A DNA stretch of 49,008 bases, the filler included, from Trypethelium eluteriae (taxonomy: Eukaryota): assembly GCA_051942245.1 (NCBI GenBank). It is 2 parts of 2 records of this genome, joined end to end, with 100 filler letters (N's around TTAATTAATTAA, not from the genome) between each part and the next. Parts side by side here need not be neighbours in the genome. Positions count along the whole stretch, not along the records: positions 24,570 to 49,008 come from JAVECL010000403.1; 1 more part is not named here. One strand, given 5' to 3'. Position 1 is the first letter of the stretch. Each line of letters begins with the position of its first letter. Shown here piece by piece: positions 24,570 through 35,284 of this stretch. The translations under genes were made by a program, and so were the position numbers. Under the pieces are notes generated by a model. It did no database searches. It was not told the origin of the DNA and worked only from the letters and a program-made list of their open reading frames with translations.

Positions 24570-26699
24570 TTGGTTCCACCACCTCAGCTTTGGATGCATT
24601 TATCTCAACAATTAGAGTAGCTAGAATAATATAAATTATATCAAAATAACGCTCTCGATTAGATGCAATTTTTGAGTCGCTAAAATTACTGAGAAAGCCA
24701 TTGTGGAGGGCGTCGTTGGCGTTGCGAACGCCTCAAGTCCGAAGCTACTTCGGCATCATCTTGCGGGGGATCTACCTCGACCTCAACATTTTGAGGCTGA
24801 TTTGACTGCGTTGGCTGCTTTTGTCTAGATCTAGCTTGGTGTTTAACCTCATTTTGGACCTGCCTGTCGATGGCTCGCTGCTGTAGAGCCTCACGTCTCT
24901 GCTGTATTTGGATTTCTCTCTGCGCACGTCGCTCAGCCTGAGCTCGTTCACGGTCTTGACGATGTTTCGCTTTAGCTTTATGTTCCGCTTGCTTCCTAGC
25001 TTGTATTTAAAGCTGTCGCTCTTGCCTCTGATGTAGTTTTTGTGCTTCATCCTGCTCTTTTTGTGCATTAGCATCATGAATAGCCTGCACCTTTGACGGG
25101 GTGTAGATAACCGCACCACCATGCTCATCAGGCATCTTCATTGCCTGTCGAGGTTTCCGTCGCCTTTGCTCAAGCTTTATTGCCTTTTTTAGCCCTTTAT
25201 TCTCGTGTTCTAGCACCTTATTCTTGACTGACATCTTGAGAAGCTTCGCCTTGAATTTGTCAAACTCCTTTTGGAAGGATTTGCTCATTTGGATAGAGAA
25301 TTCCTTTCGTAATTGTCGTAGAGCTGGTTGAGAGAGGTGTGTAAATAAGGCCGAACTTAATGCATTATCATTAAGTTCCTCTAATTGTGTTGATAGCTGT
25401 TCGAGAACAATGGACGGATCAAATAGACAAAGGCCTGTCTTTCGCCATGCACTCTTAATGTTAGACGGCGAGAACGCCTTCTCAAATGCAGGCCAAAATA
25501 GACTAAAGAAGTCTGACTTCCGAAGGGTTACCAACGCCTGAAACTTCGCAAGCCAGTTATCTAGGTTCTAAGAGTAATAGGTTGCGAGAGGGCTAAATAG
25601 GCTCACGTCGAGAGGCTGAAGTTGATGCGTCAAATGAGGTGGAAACACGGCTACAAGAATTCGATGTGCATTACAGTATTCAAGGAAGGCTTTATTGACA
25701 TGGCTACCGTGGCCATTGATGATGAGAAGCCTTATGTCGCGACCTTTTTGTGCAGTTATCTTAGTTCTCTTGTTGAACACCTCTGTCAGCCAGCGAAAAC
25801 CAATCTCATTGTTCGTCCAGCCCGAAGGTGAGCTCGCGAAGGCGCAGTTATGCTTCTCTGCATCAAAGTCTTAAAGCCATGTGTCTTGGATAGAGGTGGT
25901 TTGGGCCTCAAAGATAATTGTAGGTGGTAGAACTACGCCCACCATGGAGACTGAGGCAAGAACTGTCACCCACGTGCGAGCGCTATCTACACCTGCTCCT
26001 TTCAAAAGACCACGTTCGTAAGCTTTCTTAGAGAATACTCTCTTTATTTTGCCTATTTGGCCGATGCAGAAACCTTTCTCGTCCATGTTGTAGATGTTCT
26101 GCGGTAAAAGCCCGTATTGTTCCATTTTGGACACTATTTACGTGGATTTTAGCCTAGAAACAACGAGTTTTGACTGACTTACTAGCTTAAAGTAGAGCTC
26201 TAGACAGTGATGATTATCTGCTCGCTTTTGTGTCAAATCAAATGTATTCAAATAGAGGCTAGGTAGTTCATCAGGATGTCGCTTAATAAACTGTGGAAGC
26301 CAGTTCTTTCCAAGTGGGGTTTTAACCATATTCTCAGCAAGATTTCAAGTTAATCTTGATGTAGGAGGAATGCCACAGTCCGAAAGTGTATTTATATACT
26401 TAACCAACTCATTCTCTTGGTGTAGTGAAAAAGCTGTCTCCTTGGTTCGATGAGCCATTAAAATCGACTGTGTGATGCCTCTATGGCGACGCGACAACGT
26501 GGTTCTGCATACGTTGAACTCCTTTGCTATTTTAGAATAATTACAACATCTCTGCGCATCTGCTGCAGCAATCGCCGACCGAAAAGCTTCAGAATCCGTG
26601 GAGTTATTCGCGTTCGAAGACATGGCCAAATCGTGAATTTTGGGTGTGCAGGTGGTGGGACCGTGCAGGTGGTGGGGAAAACCCATATATGGGGCACGT
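24570..26699 (-). mobile_element. Fot1/pogo-like (Tc1-mariner superfamily) DNA transposon, inactivated
   Basis: Right end ...CCCATATATGGGGCACGT (26699) with subterminal direct repeats GTGCAGGTGGTGGG (26646-26659, 26663-26676). An inverted CCACCACCT copy sits at the contig start (~24576). The element contains a transposase pseudogene. Confidence 0.88.
24772..26623 (-). pseudogene. DDE_1 / CENP-B-type transposase pseudogene
   Basis: HTH (IAKEFNVCRTTLSRRHRG), CENP-B HTH (GIPPT...LGKNWLPQFIKRHP) and DDE motifs IYNMDEKGF, LLII(N)GHGSH, QPLDVSLFSPL. In-frame stops at 26345, 25871 and 25568. The 3' boundary is approximate. Confidence 0.9.
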
Positions 26700-26930
26700 T
26701 TTTCGAATCCATCCTCACATGTTATTACTCGCAAATACTCGATAGCATACATGACGTAGAAGTCAAGTCAAGCAAGGAAATCTATGCTACACTCATTTGC
26801 TAGGGTGTTCGCCCCAAGTATCAAAAACATTGCTCCATCTCGTCTATCGCTAAAGTCAGCGTCAAGAGCAGTTCGAAACAAAACACTCTGCAAATCTAAG
26901 TCGAATTCAGGTCACTTCGGTTGCGACAGG

Positions 26931-28043
26931 ATGTCTTTAGTCGATGGCCCGTCATGTGAAGTGGTGCTCTCAGGAGCAATTGCCAAGAGGCTTCAGCAAG
27001 AGATTATATTCGACCAGGAGAAATTAAATCATTCGCCATTGCTGGTTGGTTTCCTGTCGAATGGCGATCCAGCAGCGCGCATGTATGCAGACTGGACCGC
27101 CAAGACATGTGCTAATAAGTAAGTGAATCTTGAACAGCTCAACTTTCACATCTAGACTTCGACCAATTGCCAATGCCGGGCTTTCTGTCTCCTTTGGCTG
27201 GCATCATAGCTGATCGTGAGCTTAGCGGATTCCAATTTCAATTGCGGGAAGTTGATCGTGAGGAGCTCGAGGATCGATTGGTAGAGGCCAACCGTGATGA
27301 GAATGTCGATGGCATCATCGTCTACTATCCAGTCTTCGGGAACCGGCAAGATCAATATCTACAGCAGATTGTGGACGTGAGCAAGGACGTCGAGGGACTG
27401 AGTCATACGTATATCTTTAATCTATACCAAAACATCCGCTTTTTAGACGGGGAGAAATTACAGAAAAGCGTTCTACCCTGTACTCCGCTCGCAGTGATCA
27501 AGGTCTTAGAGTATTTGCAAATTTACAACTCAATCTTACCCTACGGGAATCGCTTATTTGGTCATACAGTAACGGTTATCAACAGAAGTGAAGTTGTTGG
27601 GCGACCTTTGGCGGCATTATTGGCAAATGACGGAGCGACAGTATATTCAGTCGATATCACCGACGTTCAAATCTTCTCCCGTGGAGAGGGGATTAGGAAA
27701 CGAAGACATGAGGTTACCGAAGCTGGAGACATGACTCTCGAAAGTTGCCTTCCACTAAGTGATGTCGTTATTAGCGGTGTGCCAGGAGAATCGTTCAAGG
27801 TACCAACTCGACATATCAAGTCCGGTGCCTGTTGTATCAACTTCTCAAGCGAAAAGAACTTCCCGCCAGATATCAAGGAGAAGGCATCCATTTACGTGCC
27901 GGCGATTGGTAAGGTCACGATTGTAATCTTACTCCGTAATTTGTTGGTAAGTGCAATGCACTTCAATCCACACCCGAAAGGGTATTGACGTCCGTATACA
28001 GAGAATTGTGCAGAACCGGCACAAACGCCAAAGATCGCCTTAG
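26931..28043 (+). CDS. MTD1: NAD-dependent methylenetetrahydrofolate dehydrogenase
   Basis: Exons 26931-27118, 27226-27946, 28002-28043. Motifs: LVGFLSNGDPAARMYADWT, DGIIVYYPVF, KDVEGL, LPCTPLA, INRSEVVGRPLAALLANDGA, YVPAIGKVTI. Confidence 0.95.
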
Positions 28044-28127
28044 AAGTCCGTCACCTTCCCTCGCCTTATGGTACCCCCTTACGCCGATAGTTGAAAAGTC
28101 CACCGGTCATGCAAAGCATCAAATAGT

Positions 28128-29213
28128 TCATAACTTCGAACGTTTGGAATCAGCTATCACATTTTGCGAGTCGCCGGCATCTGGTATAACGTCCTCTTCC
28201 TCAGCCTCTCTTGATCGTTTCAGACCCTTCATCTTCCGCGTCTGGAGAGCTCCGAGATCCTGTTTGCCCATGTGGATGCGGCCAACTTTGTCACCAATCA
28301 AATCGGTTTCGATATTTTTCTTCTGCTTGGGCTATTGAAGTGTCAGCTGCAAAATTGTTCCGTGTAGAATCAGACTCCTGTTTCTCACCTCCAGATGCCT
28401 GGGCTTCTTCAGAGCCTCTTTCATCACTGCCTCATCGGCTTCGCTACATCTACCAACTCGGAAGTCAAAGCGGGGTCCCATCTCCTCAACCTCGACGCGT
28501 GGAACTTTTTGGCCGCTCTTCCTCGTTTTAATGAGATATGCACGAAAGTGTATTCTTGGTGGCGGATGGCCCTCCACTTCATCACCGACGCTGATGGAGA
28601 TTATGTATTGCAGGCCAGCGACATCAACGTTCTGCACATCCGGGCCTCGAAACAAGTCCAGTAGCAGGTTTTTGGCCATTGTGTACGGTGTAGCAGTGGG
28701 ACTCTCAAACGGAGTGCCCGAAAAGCATATTAGTGGTTTGAGGCCAACAGCGCATTTGCGATTCTTGAACTGGTCTAGGGTGCGCATCGTGTCTGCGTCA
28801 ATATGTAGCTCTAGCATATCAAGGATTTTGTGATCGAAACAACGAATGAATGTAAGACAGTGTGGCCGTTTCTTGCTATTGCTTCCATAGACCATGAGTG
28901 AAGCGTCATTTTTCTCTGAGAAGAATTCGAGGGAAGAGGGATCTTCGAAGGGGCGGATATCATTCTTTTTATTGAATTTGACCACAAGTGGTCTTTTGAT
29001 TGATAATATGTCGGCGAGCGCTAATTGTGTGATCTGACTGCAAGCAGTGTACCGGAGGAAGAGTGTGGCCTTGGGGTTTTCTGTTAGGTGCGGCGCCCTC
29101 TTGTCAAGAGCCCGTTTTGAACGAGCGTTTCTCGGTTTTCTGTATTTGGAAGATCAAATTCAGTATTGTTTCAGCTTTGGGATACGTAGGAATCCGTACA
29201 TTTGTCTTAACAT
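28128..29213 (-). CDS. RPF2: Ribosome production factor 2 (Brix domain)
   Basis: Exons 29213-29200, 29139-28389, 28331-28128. Motifs: MLRQIKPRNARSKRAL, KKNDIRPFEDPSSLEFFSEKND, PRVEVEEMGPRFDF, GRIHMGKQDL...QTRKMKGLKR. Confidence 0.95.
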
Positions 29214-29691
29214 TGTGGCGGGATCTTCGTGTACCTTTGAGCTTGGAGAAGTTTCCCATGACGCTCTCTGTGCAAAGCGTGCAAAAGAAATAAATTCTGC
29301 CACCGCCTTTGCAAGGTTCTCTGTTACTGACACAGACCATCCGCTCTATCTCCTGCTCTACCTCCCCCCATTTACCTAGGTAGTTTTTTTATATTTTCAT
29401 TGCTTACAATCTCCAAAGAGACTATTCTGAGATGATTGTAGAATAAATGGCCAAATAATCCAACATCAATCCCCAAGTATATGAGGTAAGAGGCATTTGT
29501 TGTTGTTTGGATGTTCTGTGTCAAATTCGGACGCTTTTTCCTTACCCTGAGGGCGTGCCACCTCCGCCAAAACCTCCTCCAACGTCAAAATTCATGCACC
29601 TCACCAAATTTACTAGAGAAAACACAATTTCATTATTCATATATTTTCACTACTCTTATTACGTAATCAGGAAACATGAGGCTGCTTTAAT

Positions 29692-29956
29692 CTCTATATA
29701 GGTCTCACCTCTCTGCATCGACCTCTTATCCCTGTACAGCCCTCTCATCTCTGCGTAGGTCTCGCCTCTCTATACAGGCCTCACACCTCTGCGCAGGTCC
29801 CTCCTCTCTGCATAGGCCTCACGCCTCTACGTAGGTCGCTTCTCTTTGTGAAGGCTTCGTCTCTCTGCGCAGGTTTTCACACCTCTGTATAAATAGGTCC
29901 CGCACCGGTGTAGGTCTCTTATCTTAGTATATAAGACCTACGCAGAGGCGTGAGAC
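29692..29956. repeat. Degenerate 19-bp minisatellite (~10 copies, consensus CTCTGCGYAGGYCTCNCNY) with a terminal inverted copy
   Basis: Units include ctctatataggtctcacct, ctctgcgtaggtctcgcct, ctctatacaggcctcacac, ctctgcgcaggtccctcct and ctctgcataggcctcacgc. The inverted unit agacctacgcagaggcgtgagac is at 29934-29956. Confidence 0.85.
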
Positions 29957-30150
29957 TTACGTGATAGAGGATATGCATGTGTGTCCGCAAGGTTCCAGCA
30001 ATCTCGTCCCTGCTACCGTCATGCTTACCATAGCTGTACTGCGATGTCGCCAGCCTTGCCATCACGTCTGCTATTTAACTCAAGCCAAGCGCGGCAGTAC
30101 CGCTCTCCCCCTCATCCTCCGAATGTACCTCGTCTTAATTGTGTTCCATC

Positions 30151-31134
30151 ATGGCTCCCAAAACTGTTCTCATCACTGGTTGCAGTGTCGGCGGCATTGG
30201 ATCCGCTCTTGTTGAAGCTTTCCCAAAGCAAGGCCTTCAAGTCTTTGCCACTGCTCGCGATGTGGCTAAGATGTCGCATCTGAAGGGCCTTGAAAACACC
30301 TCTATTATTCAACTCGATCCGACGTCGCAAACGAGTGTTGACACTGCTCTCGAAACTGTCAAAGCGGAGACCGGCGGACAATTAAGCTACCTTGTCAACA
30401 ACGCCGGGCAGTCTGTGATTATGCCAACTCTAGACTTTAAGATTGACGCTGTCAAGGCCATGTACGAGATTAATGTCTTTGGCCTGCTCCGTGTCACCCA
30501 GGCGTTTGCGCCTCTAGTCATAGCAGCCAGTGGAACTATCGTAAATATCGCCTCTATTTCGACGGATTGTCATACTCCGTGGATGGGTCAGTGTGCACGG
30601 TTCCCAGCGACTCTACTACATACAGACATCTAGCCTAGTGCTTATTATACTAATTTTCTTGTACTTAGGTATTTATGCCGGATCCAAAGCAGCTATGACC
30701 CAGATCTCTGATACTTTGCGTATGGAAATGGCACCCTTTTCCGTCAAAGTTGTTACTGTTCACACCGGTGCAGTTAAATCGAATGCTCTCGCCGACGGGC
30801 CTAGTTTCAAGCTCCCACCTACCTCGAGATACCTAAGCATCGAGAAAGAAATTGCTGCTCGTGCGAGAGGGGAGGATGGTGTACCCCGAATGGACACATC
30901 TGTATATGCGGATAGGGTTGTAGGAGATGTTCTGGCAGGTGCGAATAGAACGATCTGGCGTGGATCCGTGGCGTCCTTAGTAAGCATATTCAACGGCTGG
31001 ATGCCGAGCCTTGCGGTCAGAAATAATCACCTCATGTAATTCAAAGATTTCATGCTAATTGGTAGTAGGACTGGGTCTCGCTCAAGGGTACAGGCCTTGA
31101 TGTAATGAAGAAGCAAACTCGACTCCTCCATTGA
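30151..31134 (+). CDS. Short-chain dehydrogenase/reductase (Ayr1/17beta-HSD-like)
   Basis: Exons 30151-30586, 30669-31015, 31069-31134. Motifs: TGCSVGGIG (TGxxxGIG), LVNNAG and catalytic YAGSK. Confidence 0.9.
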
Positions 31135-31249
31135 ATGGGCTTTATGACTTGCAGCGGAGCTGCACAATCTAATTAGGCTCACGAGACAACAAGCTGGACC
31201 GAGTCTTCGAACTGACCTTTATCCCCTAGTGAACTCATCCTGTTTAAAG

Positions 31250-31738
31250 TGGCGATTCGACGAAAAGCTATTAAGCCTTACACTTTCACCCACGGAGGTG
31301 CGCACGTGCCGGTTGAACAGATGGCTTGTGTCCCCGCTTGAGAGATTATGCACTCTGAGAATAAATATCCTAGTTCAGAAGTTTTGGATGGTCTACGTTT
31401 TGTTGAGCAAAACCTCAATCCGAAGACATGTATGCGCGGGACGTAATTGACAGACGCTTCCAAAGATTTTCCGATCTGGGGTCATGGGTCCAGAGCATGG
31501 TGAGTACTGTATAATCCTTGAGTGCTTGAAGTCTTTGAGAACAAAAGTCTCACGCACCATCCATTTTAGTCCTGGGAGTTGGCATTCTGCTTTCATCATG
31601 AAATTGGCCGTTATTCATCTTGTCAAGAACTACGACTTTTATGTGGAAGGAGCACCGGAGTCGTACAAGTGGTTTTGGGAAACGTTTCACATGCCTTACG
31701 AGTCGTCTCGGATATTGATGAGGAAGCGAATGGTTTAA
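31250..31738 (+). pseudogene. Cytochrome P450 C-terminal relic
   Basis: AIRRKAIKPYTFTHGGAHVPVEQMACVPA*EIMHSENKYP...DGLRFV...GT*LTDASKDFPIWGHGSRAC, intron 31500-31569, then PGSWHSAFIMKL. Stops at 31339 and 31444. The N-terminal two-thirds is absent. Confidence 0.82.
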
Positions 31739-31929
31739 GTGATGAGGTGTAAGAGCACCTCTAGAGTAGAGGTTTTGGTATACGATAGGCAGCGGCGGGC
31801 ATCGCGAACCTTGCCTTGCCTCCGCAAAAATCCCTACTAGAATACTCTAATACTAGCTAGCATAAAAATTCGCCCCCCTCACCAAATCTACTAGCAAAGC
31901 TACAACTTCACCATAACATACCTAGCTTG

Positions 31930-33716
31930 CTAGGAGACCTTGGGCGTCACGCGTACCAACATATCCTGCCCAGAGACTGGACCCATCATACCTAGCGATG
32001 GAGTCTTTGTATCTGGATTTGGCACACTACTGCCGATATCGACCTCAAGATTAAAACGTGTGACCGCTAGAGCAATCAAAGACAGGATCTCGGATTGCGC
32101 TAAGAAACGGTCAGGGCATTGTCCCACACCACCCCCGAAAGGCTCGAAGCCAGGCCCCTTGGACAGTTCGTTATTGTTGAGAAAACGGTGCCAGGCAAAT
32201 TTGTCAGAGTCCCTGCCGAAAATATCGCTGTCTATGAGCATCTCACGATAGATAATGATCAGATCTGTATGCGCTCGGATCTTCTTTCCGCCCAGTAATT
32301 GTTCGGTCTGGGCTTCGCGAGCTGAACCTGTCGATGCAGTGAAACGCAGTGTCTCCTGATAGACACTGTTCAGTTTCAGACATTGTCTCAAACTTGCCGC
32401 AAGATCTCCAGGGCATGAGCTAGCCTCCACAACCGGTTGAACTTCCTCAGTAAGTGCGATTAGAAGGTTTGGATCGCTGATAATGTGGCACATGCACCAG
32501 AAGCATGCCTTCTAGGCGTTTGTATTAAAGCTAGGTTTCTTCAGCTTGGTGATACAACCGAGTGTGACTGCAAATGGGAGACTTACCCCCAGTAGATCAA
32601 GCTCAAGACAGCGGGCACGTCCGTCTGAAGGAAACCTTTCCCATTCATGGCTTCCTCTAGATGCTTCATCACTAAGGACGCATCAGCTTTTCTCTCTGGC
32701 GACAGGTTCAGATAAATTTTGATCGCATGCTGCGTTCGGTTCAAAGCCCATCTCATTTTCAATGACCACGGCATGGGTATGCCGAAGAGAACCATCCAGC
32801 TTCTGTCGTCGAATGTATAGAAATCGTCAATAAGGTGTGGGCTCGATTGCATCATCGCATCTCCAAAGAGGGTTTGCGTCGATGCCTGCATAAAAATACC
32901 CCGAATCTAACGAGACAACGAGATTATGCGTATGTTTTCCCCATGTTTTTGCACGGACCGCGGCGACCAATTGTCCCTTGAGCTCAGGTGTTGGATTTGC
33001 TCTAGAACACTATTTGGAAGACCATTAGGTCTACGTAATGCAGAAAGCTCTCGACGAACGATAACCGTAATGTCTGCTATTGGCCTTGAATTGGAAGAGC
33101 CAGAACCGTTCCTGGTCCAGAGCTTTTGTACACCTTGTCTAGAGACCCCAAACTGGCGTGCGGTAAGCTGCAGAAATTTGTCGTGGTCGAAAGCGGTGGA
33201 ATTCCTGTGAATGGAGTGTGCATCTTTTGCCAATGTGATGAAACACACACTTGAGCCACCAAGAAGCAAAGATACTGGGCCTCCCGAGCTCGAACTTTGG
33301 GACCTTTTCATGTCAGATAGTCTCTCGTATTACAGAGAAAGATTAGATTCTACCTAACTTGGCTCAAGAGATCGCCAAAGTCATTTATAAAGGATCCAAG
33401 GTATCCTGTGATCTAGTTAGGGATTATTCGCCCCTGACCAACAGTGTAGTTCTGGCGAGCGGCTTACCAAAATCTGCGATCATTAGAATGCTATGTATGC
33501 ACAGTCTTTAAAGCGTGGGGACTCACAGGGAATCCAAGATGGGAGCTCCTCAGGGCCTCCAGGATACAGCTGGTGCAGTGCTGCTTGCCTAAGCACTCTC
33601 CACGCAAATGCAATTAACGAGGCCACAAGTAGCGCAATGAGTATCGAAGTTGATTTGCCATAGCTATTCAGTAGCAAGGTCAGGGTAAGTAAGCCTGCTC
33701 CACAGCACAATATCAA
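31930..33716 (-). pseudogene. Cytochrome P450 (CYP7/CYP8-like sterol hydroxylase type), disrupted
   Basis: N-terminal TM anchor plus P-rich hinge (PGGPEELPSWIP), ExxR (QETLR) and heme motif FGGGVGQCPDRFLA with D at the usually conserved G. In-frame TAG at 32907-32909 and 32512-32514. Confidence 0.8.
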
Positions 33717-34192
33717 GACAGGTCATATTGCCATTTGCTCAGTAAGACTTCTCTAAACCTAGCACTCCCCAATTGTGTGCAGTTCCAGTCCTTTGTATTG
33801 TTCTTGAGATTGTCTACAAGATTTGCAGCGGAAAAAGTTGACCAGAGAGCATCACATAAGTGGAGAGCAATCAGACCCATGGCGTACTGCTACATCCTTG
33901 ACATGATAGATGTCATTTCAGCTGCATGAGCCACATTTTGAACTAGGTTCAAACGTACGATCTAGCAGCCAATTTGACAAAGGTCGGCGGTACCTGCTAG
34001 CATTTTCCCCGTTGTTATGTGATTGGGAATTCTCTGATTCGCTCAAACGAACGGCACGGAACGACTTGTGGCACAGCAAATTAGGCAAATAAATGTTGGC
34101 GTGAGGTTGACAACTGTAACACTATGGAAACCCTGATTGCATGCGGCCATACGCGAGCGGGAAGGCTTTGGCAGGATTGTCGGAGCTATTTC

Positions 34193-35284
34193 TCAATCAC
34201 CTTTATCCCGTCCTAAAAAATGCTGGTCCAGATACCAGCGAACACCTGCCTGAACCTGTGCGTTTCTATTGGCCTTGGGAATGTATCCGAGTCTTTTGCG
34301 AGCCTTTTCAATCGAGAAGGTCCGTTCGAGAAAGGTGAATGCAAGCAAGTCTCTCCTCATAGCTTTCGGCTTAGTCCTTCCGAAGGTAAATATCCAGTAG
34401 ATAGTCTCAACAATGGCAGCGAGACTCATGATGGCTAGGGGTGGAATCTTGGTTACTTCGCTCTCCGCCGTTCTGTCGCCCGCTGCTCTCCAGATAAGCC
34501 GAAAGTGGTCCCAGAATGGCAAAGCTTCACCATCCGTGACGAAGAAAGCTTCCCCTGCGACACGCTCTGCGATCTCTTTTGGCTGTTGATGCTCGGCCAG
34601 CAGTGCTTCAACTGCAAGAAGATGTGCTTGAGCTGCGTTCTCGGCTGAAAGCCAATCACATAGATTAGTGTTGTCGCCGATCTGAAGTTTATGCTCATTC
34701 CTACGCATCGCTTTGATGCCTTCTCCAATATTTTGCTCATCGCGCTCGCCGTAGGTGGATGGTAGACGTAAACAGACCGTTAACATGTTTGCGGTACTAT
34801 TCGTTTGTAAAACCATAGTTTCGGCCAGGGCTTTAGATTTGGCGTAATCGTCGCATTTACTCTTCTCCGTTTTCACACGAGTATCCTCCGAAGCCATATG
34901 CTGTGCAACGCCTTCAACCACAGTCGCAGATGACGTGTACACGAAAGCTTTTACGCTCTGCACCGCGACGGCGCAGCCAAGTAAATATCTTGTGCCATCA
35001 ACATTAGTGTTATGACAGCTGCGTGCATCGGCCCGGTCACCAACAACGGCAGGAGATGCTGTATGAACGACAACTGCTGGCGATACTTGGAGAAATACCA
35101 CCTCGATGTCCTCGTACGATGAAATGTTGCCTGTGTGATACTCGACGCCTTCGAGCAGATTGCGGTCTGGCTTGCGGCTCATGCCATGGAGACTCCAGGC
35201 CGGATACCTTTCTTTGATCATCTTTAGAACGTGATATCCGACGAAGCCGCAGCTGCCAATGACCACAACAGTCTGGTTGGCCAT
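34193..35284 (-). CDS. 3-beta-hydroxysteroid dehydrogenase / C-3 sterol dehydrogenase (Erg26-like paralogue), intronless
   Basis: 363 aa with GSCGFVG Rossmann motif, VVHTASP, FVYTSS, YAKSK, QIGDNTNLCDW, GEAFFVTD and FSIEKARKRLGY. Confidence 0.88.
   Translation of the reverse strand: MANQTVVVIGSCGFVGYHVLKMIKERYPAWSLHGMSRKPDRNLLEGVEYHTGNISSYEDIEVVFLQVSPAVVVHTASPAVVGDRADARSCHNTNVDGTRYLLGCAVAVQSVKAFVYTSSATVVEGVAQHMASEDTRVKTEKSKCDDYAKSKALAETMVLQTNSTANMLTVCLRLPSTYGERDEQNIGEGIKAMRRNEHKLQIGDNTNLCDWLSAENAAQAHLLAVEALLAEHQQPKEIAERVAGEAFFVTDGEALPFWDHFRLIWRAAGDRTAESEVTKIPPLAIMSLAAIVETIYWIFTFGRTKPKAMRRDLLAFTFLERTFSIEKARKRLGYIPKANRNAQVQAGVRWYLDQHFLGRDKGD

Noticed and set aside
29692..29900. CRISPR-like repeat array
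   Set aside because: The units are contiguous with no unique spacers, the context is eukaryotic, and no cas genes are present.
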